From Piromyces finnis finn (Eukaryota; Fungi; Neocallimastigomycota), in NCBI GenBank assembly GCA_002104945.1, contig MCFH01000013.1, positions 620,001 through 684,000 on the forward strand: a DNA stretch of 64,000 bases, in the 5' to 3' direction. A program made the position numbers and the translations under genes. This document shows positions 26,071-38,718 of this stretch, one piece after another (position 1 is the first letter of the stretch; the number at the start of each line of letters is the position of its first letter). Below the pieces are notes generated by a model that was given only the letters and a program-made list of their open reading frames with translations, ran no database searches and was not told the origin of the DNA.

Positions 26071-29000
26071 TTAATTATTTAATTGAGTTTCAATGGCGGC
26101 ACGAAGATCTTCTGAAAAGGTATTTAATAAAAGTTTATATTGTTTTTTCATTTTAATGTATTGATTTTCGGTAGGAAGAATTAAATCATCCATAGAGGTT
26201 AAATTTTCGTAAAAACGTGTTGATTTTGGGGTTGGACAGGAAAGTGGAATTGGAAGTACAATGTGACGATGACGACTTTTTCTTTTTTTGAATTTTTCAA
26301 TTTCTGGATTCTTAAAAATACGTTTAATTAATTCTTCTCGATCATAGATCTTTGTAATTTCTTGATCATTAAGATCATTTAAGGTGGCTTCTTCAGCAAT
26401 AGACCTAGATTTTGATGAATGTACCTTTTTATCATTCATTGATGAAGAGGCTGCTGCTGCTGTTGTTGATTTTGTACGAACTGTGGCCATAGTGGTCGTG
26501 GTAGTAGTAGTAGTGGTAGTAGTAGTAGTAAAAATCTTTAAAGTGGAAGGGGTATCGGCGGAATATAGTACCGCATTTCTTTCTTTTTGTGAAGATGGTG
26601 GTGTAGATTCTTTTTCTTCTTCTTCTTCTTTTTCTTCGGAGGTTACAGTATTTAAACTAGTTCTGGAAGCATTTGGAGTAGATTCTACTGAACCTGAAAA
26701 AGTTCTTCGCATTTGATAAAGTCCTCCAGAACTGGCACGACTCATGGTATTAATATTTCCAAGAGGACCCTTTCCTTTTTTATCTTCTAAATGTTCCGAT
26801 GAGAAACTAGTTAAATCAACATCCTTTTCAACAAAAAGTCCTTCATAATGATAAAGTTCATCTCGGTAACGCATAAGTAATTCAATAATTTCTATAAGTT
26901 TTGGCATTTTAACATTAACTTCTTTACTTTTGGGACGTTCTGTTGAAGATGTATCAAAGGTGTGTCCATTTAATCTACGAGCTCTTATACTTTCTGGACT
27001 TTTAGATCGAAGATTATTTTCATGATATGAAGTTGTTTTAGTGGTTTTACCATTAACTTCTTCACCACCGCTATTTTTACCTTTAGATCCTTTAACGGAA
27101 GTTGTGGCTGTTGATGTAGATGAAGAAGTGACGTTTGAAGTCGTCGTCGTCGTTGTTGTTGTTGTTGAGTTAGTTTTTATAGTAGTAGTAGTAGTAGTAG
27201 TAGTACTACTACTACTACTACTACCACCACCATTATAGAAACGTGTGCTACCAGTTTTTATCCAGTAACGAATATCTCCTTCACACATAACATAAAAGTA
27301 ACGACGACGCCATTCACGGAAGGCATTACAAACCCGAAGAAGGAACCATAATGAGAAATTTGGTGATTTTATAAAAAGACGATAGAACTCAATCAGAGTA
27401 CGTTTGCATTTAAGTGGGAAAACTGGTGCTGTTTCATTAATGATTTTTAAAAAGGTTTCAATATTGAAATTTTCAATTTGGGGTGAAAAACGTAAATCTG
27501 AAAATTTCATAAGGCGAACATTATAGATAACTTCTTTATCAAAATAATAATCAAGAGGTTGTAAAAATTTTTCTGATAATTCAACAAAATGACGTCTAAA
27601 CATATTATTAATAATATCAAGGGAATAACCCATCAATGAAGCTTCGGTAATCTTTTTAATGACACTTTTATCCTTATGGAAATAAGATTTATGCTTGGTG
27701 ATGACTTTTTCTACACATTCAATATTGGTTTTTCCTGGTGGTGTTGGTATTACAGAGGATGGCATTGCAGGTTTTGTATCATCACCATTCATAAGATTTT
27801 CAGTGGAATCTGATGGAGTTAATGATGTCACCTCTTGAAGGGTTGACGTCGATGAATTATAAGACATAACATTTTCTTTATTAGTATTGGATGATTCAAT
27901 ACCATTATTTTTCTTCATGGCAAGAGAAGAAAAGAATGATCCATATTTAGAGCTAGTGGTTTGTCCAAATTTATTTTTGTTTTCTTCTGTGGCCAAGGTA
28001 GTGATATCATGACTACTATTCACATTCTTCATAGATTTAGAAGAGGCTGTGGTGGAATTAGAGGAATTGCTATTTAATATGGAAGACCAATTAAAACTAG
28101 AAAAACCACTGTTTCTGTTATTTGAAGTTACTGGACTATGGAGAGTGGTTGGGGAAGAAGGTGATACCTTTGTATTAGATGTGGCGGCTGTTGCTAAATT
28201 CTTTGAAGCATGAGATGTGGTTGTAGTTGATGAAGAAGAATTGGTTCCTTTGTTATCGATAGCAGTATCTGAAGAAGAATCTGCTGAAGCTATATTATTT
28301 ATACTATTGGATGAACCAATGTTAGGAAAGAGAGTAGCAATATTTTTAAGAGAAGATGAAGAAGACATATTATTAGATGGTAAAAGGGATGTCCAAAGTG
28401 ATGAAACAATACTATGACTTTCTCTTTTAATTGGTTTTCCAACCCCAACTGGTTGTTGCGCCGTCTTATCATTATTAATTATGGAATTATTACAAGGTTT
28501 ACGTTGAACATAAACAATATTTGGCCAATGACTAAGAGCCTTATTAAAAACTGGATTTGTTGTCCCAATGATAACATTTGGTAGTGTAGCTTCCTTTTTA
28601 ACAATATTTTTAAAATCTGAATCTTGAATAGTAAAATATGGACGGAAATCACCACCATAAGGTACTGGTTTAATTAATTCCATAAAAGTATATACAGTCT
28701 CACTACAACTTCTTGGGGTATCACCTAAAACCAATATTGGTTCACCTAAAATCATCATTTCCCATATTTGCCATGCATCTTCAATAGACTGACGGAAAAT
28801 TTCATAAATTCTTCCTGGACATACTGGCATTTCTTGATGTACAATTTTTTTTGAAGATCTATCCTGTGAACTATAATTCATGGCAAGGTAGGTCATTACA
28901 TTTAATGGTAAATAATACGAATATCGAATGAAAAATTATCATCATCATAACAATATTAAAATTAAAGTCAGTTAAATTATTAATAATATAAATGATAAAA

Positions 29001-31182
29001 AAAAAAAAAAATAATAAAATTAATAATTAATTATCACTTATTTTCCTTTGATAGTATAACGGTTTATAAAATGTATATCTATTGTTTAATTTTTTTTTTT
29101 TTTTTTTTTTTTTTGCAACTTACTTCATATTTTGGGAATTAGTATTGGTATTAAAAAATTGAGGATAATGATTAGCTGGTGCAAACATGATTGGATAGAT
29201 ACTTTTAAAGAATGGGAAAGAAAGTACCATATTGGATGGTGTTTGTTTTAGTGAATTTGAACGAATAAAGAAATAACGTTCATTTAATATACTTGGTGGA
29301 TTTGGCCATTTATTAATAAAAGCAATAGCCATTTTAAATATTTTTTGACGTTTTTGAATTAAAATTTCATCATCTACAGTTTTACCTATTTTTAATGAAC
29401 TGAAATAAAGCATACCTAATTTTTCAACAATTTTCATAAATAAACCTTTAAATGGATGAGGAGAAAGAAGAACAAAGGATTTTTGGAAATATCCTCTTTT
29501 ATTTGTAGGATCTTTTTGTTGTCTAAAGAATACATAACCATAAATATATCCATCCATATCGATCTTTAGATCTTTTTGATATTTTTCTGGATTATTTATT
29601 ATTCCTTTAAACCGTTCCTCTTCCCTTTTCATATGAACTACTGGTGAAAAGTGATGTTGATGATGATAAAGTTTTTCTGTATTTGGTCCGGATTTCATTC
29701 TAAAACAAAAGATTGAATTTCCTTTATGCGAAGATGAATTTGAATCAGGAAATGCTGAAAAACTTACATTTTTCTTTTCTTCATCTGTCATATCTGTTGG
29801 TGGATATACGTACTCTAAGGCTTGTCCAACCTCTAAATCAAAATTCACTATACAAAAGCATAATACCCAACGATGAAAATCATTTAATTCTTTATCCGTT
29901 AAAATATCCTTTTTGATTGTTAATTTTTTTTGCTTTTTATCTTCTTTTAAATTTTCTGTTGATTTTTTGCTATTATCTTGTTTGTCTATATCTTTATTAA
30001 TAGATGTAGGAATAAAGCCAATTTACATTAAAATAAATAATATATTTTAACGAAAATAAGATTTAAATATTAAAAAAAAAAAGTTTTATATTTAGTGTAA
30101 TTTGTATTTATTATAATAAAATATTATAATATTATGACTATGTTTTATTCTATTTGATTGTATATATTCTTTTTTTTTATATAACATTCTATAATGATGG
30201 CTTATTCTATTTAATTATCTAATATTTTTTTTTTATCTGTAGGACAAATATTATATTAAATGAAACTGTCTTTAATAAATTTACCTTGAAGATTCTCTGT
30301 TTTTAATTCTGATGAGTTTTTATCCATTCCTAAAGGTGAACTTGTTAAATTTGTTGATGGTGATGTTATTTTTTCAACTGGAATAACCAATACTTTTGAG
30401 GGATCATTCGATAAATTTGGTGATTTTGGGGTACGAGGTGAATTCACTAAACTTGATAGTGAGGTTGGTGAATTAGTAGAAGAATCATAGTTTGATATAT
30501 TATCTAAATATTCGGTACTACCCAAGATATTATCTGTTTGTTGTTGTTGATGTTGATTATTACGAGATTTATTTAATTCATTATATATAAGGGAAGAATA
30601 AGAGCCTGTTATACCTCTTAATTCTTTTGGAATTAAATTATTTTTTTTTAATATAGAATAATTTTTTTCTTTATTTATAGAATTTTCATCATTAACATTG
30701 ATAGTATTATTATCATTATTATTATTATTATTATTTATATCTATATCTATGTTGTTATAATGTAGAGTATCATTTTGGGAGTTTAGCTTGAAAGCTTCAT
30801 TTTCTTCATTTAAAATATTTTCATTTATATCTGAATCTATTGATAATATGCTTTTATTTATATCATCACTTGTAGTACCCAAAAATGAAGCGCTATTGTC
30901 ATCTAAAGAAAAAATTGTTTCTGGATGTTCCTGTGAATGTTGTTGTTGTTGTTCATTATTAATGTTGGAATTAACAAATTCCGATTCATAACTTGAAAGT
31001 GAATTTATATCATCGTTAAAACTAGAATCGTTTTCGTTGTCTATACTAGTTCCATTAATTTCTTCTAAATGATTAATATTTCCTGTTGAGAAATTTTTAT
31101 CAATTTGTATTTTTAAATGATTTGTTTTTAAGCTTTCTGCTTTTAATGTATCATTTGTATTTATAGACTTTTTCATATCCAT
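26071..31182 (-). CDS. DENND6: DENND6/FAM116 (Afi1-like) DENN-domain Rab GEF-family protein with long low-complexity extensions; 3 exons
   Basis: Joins track ORFs 30256..31182, 29120..29848 and 26071..28896 through in-phase GT-AG introns. Motifs: WVLCFCIVNFDLEVGQALEYVYP, SFSAFPDSNS, YGYVFFRQQKD...RGYFQKSFVLLS, WEMMILGEPILVLG..P..CSE.V, YGGDFRPYFTIQDSDF, LRFSPQIENFNIETFL. Confidence 0.88.
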
Positions 31183-33231
31183 TTTTTATTTAATAAAGTA
31201 GCTATAAATATACTGTGTATTAATTGTATTATTTAATGAAATATATATTTTGCTTATCTTTTTATTTGTTAGCCAATAAGATAATAAAGTATGTATTTTT
31301 AATTATTAGTTTTTATATATGTTGTATTTATATATATTAACTTGAAACTGTTGAATATCTTGAATATATTATATTTGTTATTTTACCTTTTTTTTTTTTT
31401 GATATTATATTTAATAAATGATTTTTGTATTATTTTATTTTGTTTTTTAAAGTAAATAGTTTTATTTTTGAGGTAATATAAAAATATGATATGTATGCTA
31501 CAAATAAATTTGGAGAATTAATATAATTTTTGCTCTTCTCTTCTCTCTCTCTTTTTTTTTTTTTTTTTTTTTTTTGAAAAAAAGAAGAAAAAATAATCCT
31601 TTAAATTTACTTTAATGTTATTATATATTATTTTTTTATAGTTTAGTTAATAGAAAATGAATTACTTTATTGACTTTATAAATCTTTTAAAATTTTCATT
31701 TTAAATTATTATTTTATTATTTTAATCTCCAATCTAATAAAGAATGATTTTATTCCAATAAAAACAAATATTTTTAATTTTTACAATATTATTACTTTAC
31801 AAGTTTTATTATTATTGTTACTGTATTATATATATGCCTAAACGTAATATTACCATAAATATATATATAAATAAAAAAAGAGAGTTTTTAGTGAAATATA
31901 TAATATATTTTTTAATTTTTCTAATAGAAAAGTTGTTTATTGCTTTATTCAATTATTTGGATTATTATTATCTTATTATTACTTTTATTATTCTTTTTTT
32001 TTTTATTATAGTTTAAATGGTAAAATAAGTGTTTTTTTTTTTTTTTTTTATATATTTATAAATTTTAAAAAAGTGAATTGAACATTTTCAATGGTCCATA
32101 TTTTGTAGTTTAAAATTATTGTTATTTTTAAAAAGTTAAAATATCATTTACCTATTGAAATAAGTTAATGCTAATATATTAAAGCTTTTTTTTTTTTCCT
32201 TTTCTTTTCTATATATCTATTATTTTTTATTGTTATTGTTTTAAGACTTAATGTTTTTTTCTTTTTTTATAACATCAATCAACAATTTCAATATTTAAAT
32301 ATATTTAAAAAACTAAAAACTAAAAACCAAAAACCAAAAACCAAATCAATAAATAAATTCATTATATATTAAATTAATATATATTTTAATAAATCAATAA
32401 AAATTTTAGTAATTATCTGTTTATTTTAATAAAAATTTAATAATAATAAGATTTATTTTCAAACAAAAAGAAATAATAAAGGAGTAATTTTGTTCAATAA
32501 TAAAAACTTAAATTTAGAGTTAGAATTATAAATAATACAAATATAACATTTTTAAATAGAGATACATTGACAGTAATGGTAAACATTAATATTACTTTTT
32601 TTTTTTTTTTTGTCTTTTTCTTTTCTTTTTTTTTTTTTAATATTTACTTTAATAGTTATTTTAATATTTCATTATTAATTTATTTTTAATGTTTTTTCCA
32701 CTTACCGCCATACGTCATAAATAAAAAAAAGCGTTATAATTACATTTTTATTACATTAATAATACAATGTAATAATAGAAAATTTAATAATGTATCACAT
32801 TATTCTAATAATAAAATGTAATAATAAATTTAAAGTAATTTATATTTGAATTTATACTGTCAATATATTATTATAAAAGTTTAAATTATATTAAAAAATG
32901 TTTCCTCCAAATGTGGAAAGTCTACATCATCAATATTATTGGCTGATTTTCATTGAAGTTCATTTAAATTCAATATTAAATATACTATTGTATAGCTATT
33001 ATATATATTAAAAATATACGATTTAAATTTTCTCAAAAATCAAAACAAAAATCAAATGAAATGTTAAAGTTAGAAACATTTCTTCTTTAGTATAAGAAGA
33101 AGAGAAAATATAATATTACTTTTAATCGTGTGCCTATCTAGTATTCTTTTAATATATTGTATAGAATATATTTTATTTTATAATATTAGTATCACTATAT
33201 ATTTATTCATTATAAGAAATGAATAGTAGGA

Positions 33232-33541
<310 letters not shown>

Positions 33542-36500
33542 GAAATAATTATTATTGTAAGGAAAAGGAATACTATATCCTTATTTAATCATTTTTATTG
33601 GAATTATCTTTTATATTTTTTATTATTCAATAAAATATTATGACATTATTTATTAAAAGAAAATAATAAGAATTTTTTTACCATTCAAATCATTAAAGTA
33701 ATTAACCTTAAAAGTTGAATTTTTCTTTCCTATAATTTTATATTACTGATTTAAAACTGATTTAAATAAAAAGCTATTCAACATACTATTAAAAATAGTT
33801 GTTTTTAAATGTGAATTGAATTTTTTTTTTTAAAAAAAGTATCAGTATTCGTAGTTGTTTTAGTTATTATCTCAATCATTCCATGTATATATTTGATACT
33901 TTTCAACTTTTATATAAAGTTGTTAGATATCAAAATATATTATCGAATTTAAAAAAGTTTTTTTTTTTTTTTAGTGAAAGTACATATTATCTTTAATCAT
34001 TTTATTATTATTATATAAGCAAACTTGCCGTTTTTTTTTTTTTTTAAATAATTGTTAGTATTATTTTATTAATTATTAATATATTTTAAAATAAACTTGC
34101 CTCAACTTTATAGTTTTTATTATTAATAAAATTATTATTCTACCGCCGTAATTCAATGATAAAAAATAATATTAAATTTAATATCTTTTTTTTTTTTTTT
34201 TTTTATTTCAGTAAAAAAAAAGTTTATTTATTATATATAAAATTTATCAAATGTTTTGATTTCATAAAAGATATATGTATTTTATTATTTTTCTTCGTAT
34301 TTTCTATAATGGCTTATTACTTTTTTTTTAAAAAAAGAGTAGCATAATAGTATAATGTTTTATATTTTATATATATATTTATATAATTTATGATTCTCTT
34401 ATTTATTAGAGTGTATAGAAATGATCTGTCATATGTAACAAAATAATTCCTACCTACTTAATAAAAGTGGTCATATAAATATACAATATTACTTACTATT
34501 GTATGTAATATTAAATTGTGATGTATAGTTTAGTTCTTTAAATATAACAAGTTTATTAAAAAAAAAAAATTAGCAATTAATGATAATTTGTAATTTCAAT
34601 GATGTATCATTCACTTCAAGAGTAAATCAAATTTCCATTGGTAATATGTATATTATTTAATTTTTTTTCAAATCCTATTAGTTGAATTAGTTTTTGTTGG
34701 TAAAAGAAGCAGTATCATTATTATACCTTCTTTAACCTTTTTACCATTTTTCTTTTTCTTTTTTCTTTTTTTAAAATTTTATCAATTTTTTGATCAATTT
34801 TATTAAAACTAATTTTGTGTAACGTTTTTAGTTAAACTCTAAAAATTTAATTTTTTTATTTCCTTTTTTATCAATTTTATAATTTAAATTAAAATAATAA
34901 AAGTTTATTTATTATAAAATAAAGAAAAAACAAAATTTTAACTAAGGAATAATTATTATGAATTTAAACTTTCATCAAAAAAAAAAAAAAAACCAAACTC
35001 AAAAAGAAAACTGTGGTATATTATTATTATACAACGATTACAACGATTCTTTTTGACTTTATGAAAAGGTAAAAATATATATTTATTTTATAGATATATA
35101 ATGATGGATAGTATTTCTATCTTATTGATTTTTTTAATTATGTTGGTGTAAAAGAATCTTCATTTCTCCTATTTCTTTTATTAGCTTAGTAATTATATTT
35201 GTTATGTTTTACATATGAATTTACAATTTTTTTTTAAAAATTAAAAATCTTTGCATTTTTAATAATTATTATTAAAATGAAAATAACACATATTTTTAAT
35301 ATTATTTCCATGTTTAACTACTACGAAGCTATTCATAATATGCAAAAAAAAAAATTATACTTTTTTATAGTATTGATTTTTATATTCACTAATTCCAACA
35401 CAATATAATAATGTACTGAATAAATTTAGTTTATAAAACCTATTATTCATTGAGTATAAATATAATTTTATTATTGTAAAATATATTGGAAATTATTATT
35501 ATTATTATTATTATTAACAAAAGATAATAATAATATTTCTTTCTAATATTATTATTAGTCATTTTTACATTCTTTTCAACCTTTACACACTGTAAGTACC
35601 TTTTTTTTTTTTTTTACTTTCATAAACTGACAAAGATTAATTTTAGATTCATAGGGTTGATCAATTTTGTAATTATTAAAGTTTTTTATATTTAAATTTA
35701 ATTAATATTAATAATTTCTATATTTGTCAATTATTAATATTTTTTAATAAAAGTTTGAAAAGTAAATTTGAAATGAAGATTATGGTTGATAAGTAAAAGT
35801 TAAAAAAAGATAATAAAGAAAATATAATCTTTTATTATTAAAGAATTAACCTAAACTATTGTATAACTAGTATGCCAACTCTTTTTACCTACTTTATAAA
35901 AAAGGTTCTTCTCTCTCTCAACACACCTTTTTCATCTCATTTTAATTAATAGGAAATAAAAAAATAGCATAATTAGTATATTATAATAGAATTAATAATT
36001 TATTGTATAATATATTTTTTTCTATTGAATGAATCCTATGTCCATAAATAAAAATTTAAATAAATTATTTTTATATTGAATTCAATATTATTATATTAAA
36101 TTACTTTCATATATTGTAATATATTTTTAATATATTTAAATTATTTTTTGAAAGGTCATCCTACTGCTGTTGATTTCAATTCATTTTAATTTATTATTAT
36201 TAAATCATTAATATAAACTTTATTTTATATATATTTGATTTTTAATATATTAATAATATATAGTTAATATACATTATTAATAGTATTTATACTATTGGAA
36301 TGATTTAATTAACTCTTAAAACATTTAAACGAATAAAAACTAATATATAAACTTTAATATATTATTTAATATAAAATATATAGAATGTACTACATTGTAA
36401 TATATGGTTGGTTCTTTCATGAATTGAATTATTAAATGGATAAAATTCATCTTTTTTACTATTTTTAAAAGTTATCTTTTTTATTTTATTTTTAATTGAA

Positions 36501-37195
36501 AACTAGCAAAAAACAACTGGTTAATTAACTCTTAAAACGTAGTAAATTGTTCATGAACAAACCTAACAATCACTTTATACCATAAAAAAACTATTATTTC
36601 AGCAATAGTCAAGCAAGAGGAAGAATAGATCCTGAAAATTCTAAACATCATTGAACCTCTTTACTTTTATTTCTTTTAATGAATAGAAAGATATAGATAA
36701 ACGTATTAAATAAATTATACAATTTTATTCCATTTCACAATTCTAATACCCTTTTCTTTTGTTTAAAAAAAACAAGGTAATAACCATTATCATTATTTTT
36801 ACTTTTTCAAAAGTATAGGCCTAATTTTCCCTCAACAAAAAAGTTTTAAATTTTATTTATTAAGAAATTTAAATATTAACAAATATTGTTTTTCATATTT
36901 ATTAAAATTATATTAAAAAAATTTTTATAACAAAAACGATTCCTTTTTTTTTTTTAAATTTTTTTTTTTTTTTTTTTTTTAAAATTATAAAGATAAAAAA
37001 ACTATCTTTTGTAAAAAATAAGATAATAAATCTTTTATAATATTTTCTTTTCTTTTCTTTTTTTATATACTGTAAAGAAGGAAAAAAAAAAAGAAATATT
37101 AATATATATATAAAAAGAGAGAGAAAGAAATATTGTAAAAGAGTAATTATAATATAATTTAATAGAATAAAAAAATATTATTATCTTATTATGTA

Positions 37196-37727
37196 GTCGT
37201 TCCAGTTTTTATCCTGGTTGTTAAGGCGTTTCCTTAGCATACATAAGGCTTCTGGTTCGACCCCGCAGATGTCAGTGCCTGTGGATTTTCCCACTGGGTT
37301 TGCCATGGGTTGGGTTATGATATTCAGGTAAGTATAAATGAACTTTCTAATTTACTACTATGATAATAACACTCGTCTAGCCGGCCTGAGAGGGTCTAGT
37401 GTACATGGTACATTCCAAATTAGAACTTAATAAGTGGTGACTTAGGCTATGCCAAAAACACATAATATTCCTTAATCAATTTAAGTGTAAACATTAGGGG
37501 GCGGTTGACACGTGATCAAATTGACTATAAGAGGCTTAGCATTGTAGTTGTGAAATATCGTACAACGACATGCATCTAATGTACATGGATTAAGTGAGCG
37601 TCGAAGCTGAAGAAACAGTATGACAGACCAGGAGGGTCACAACCACCTAGCAATAGGAATGAGCCAACGTTTCTCTAAGAACCACCATTGGAGCTAACTC
37701 TGATCGATGGGAGAAATGCACTCGGAA

Positions 37728-37790
<63 letters not shown>
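37196..37790 (+). mobile_element. Non-autonomous retroposon, probable tRNA-derived SINE (535-bp body plus A60 tail, 15-bp TSD)
   Basis: TSD TTATCTTATTATGTA at 37181-37195 and 37791-37805. Poly(A) 37731-37790. B-box GGTTCGACCCC at 37254-37264. D-loop/A-box-like TGGTTGTTAAGGCG at 37215-37228. 5-bp stem with 7-nt loop (CCTTA/TAAGG, 37232-37248). Body ~42% GC by hand count (223/535) against almost pure AT flanks. No ORF. Confidence 0.85.
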
Positions 37791-37792
<2 letters not shown>

Positions 37793-38718
37793 ATCTTATT
37801 ATGTATAACTAAAAAAAAAAAAAAAAAAAAAGACTTTGAAACATATATACACAAACAAAATAATCACAGAAAATCATATATATTAAAAAAAACAAGCATT
37901 AATAAAAGTAAAAAAAAAAAAAGTAGAAAATTAAGAAAATAACATTTCAAAAATATCACAAGTAATTATCTTTTCATAAAAAGTATATAATTTTTTTATA
38001 GAGAAAAAAAAAACGAATGAATAAAAAACTTTCTATTATAATATTTTTTTTAAAAAAAAAGAAAAAAATATACTAATCCAATCTAATTTGTTATTTATAT
38101 GTACTTTTAATAATTGTATAGCATATTCTCAATTATAAATAATTTCATAATTTATTCTAATAATATTATCATTTTATAAAAAAAAAATAAAGAAATGGTA
38201 TTTTAAATTAAAGAATAAAAAAAATAAAACAAAAAAGAAACAAAAATATTTATATAGTAATAAAATAAAAAAAAAAAATGATTATATTATTTTAGAATAA
38301 AACTCTTATTTAAAATTCTCTATTCAAAATCGAAGGACTATCAATTTTATTTATTAATTAATTTATTTATATAAATCTTAAAGACCAAAAAAATAAAAAA
38401 TAAAAAAAAAAAAAAAAAAGAAAAAACAATATCTCCATTTCTGAATTAAAATACAGATTTTCAATAAAACAAATAGAATTTTATCTTTTCAGTTATTTTA
38501 TTTTCGTATAAAAAAATAGAAAAAAAATAGATTAGGAAAACTTAATTCATACTAAATTATTTATAAATAAATTTATAACAATAAAAGTGTAAAATTTATC
38601 ACAACAACAATAACAACAACAACAACAAAAAATAATAATAATAAAGCAGTAAAGATAAGTATATTTTTTTATAAAAAAAAAAAAGAAAAAAAATAATTTT
38701 ATAATATTATAGTTAATC

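Noticed and set aside
37196-37275. Functional tRNA gene
   Set aside because: The acceptor stem does not form, the anticodon loop is non-canonical, and the sequence is part of a TSD-flanked poly(A) insertion.
37378-37395. TAGCCGGCCTGAGAGGGT resembles a conserved bacterial 16S rRNA segment as I recall it
   Set aside because: Only 18 nt, and neither flank continues the 16S sequence; no support for an rRNA fragment or contamination.
37550-37620. GAAA and CTGAAGA words suggesting a hammerhead ribozyme, and AGC...GAAA...AC spacing suggesting group II intron domain V
   Set aside because: The required stems do not pair, and the would-be hammerhead cleavage triplet ends in G, which is not allowed.
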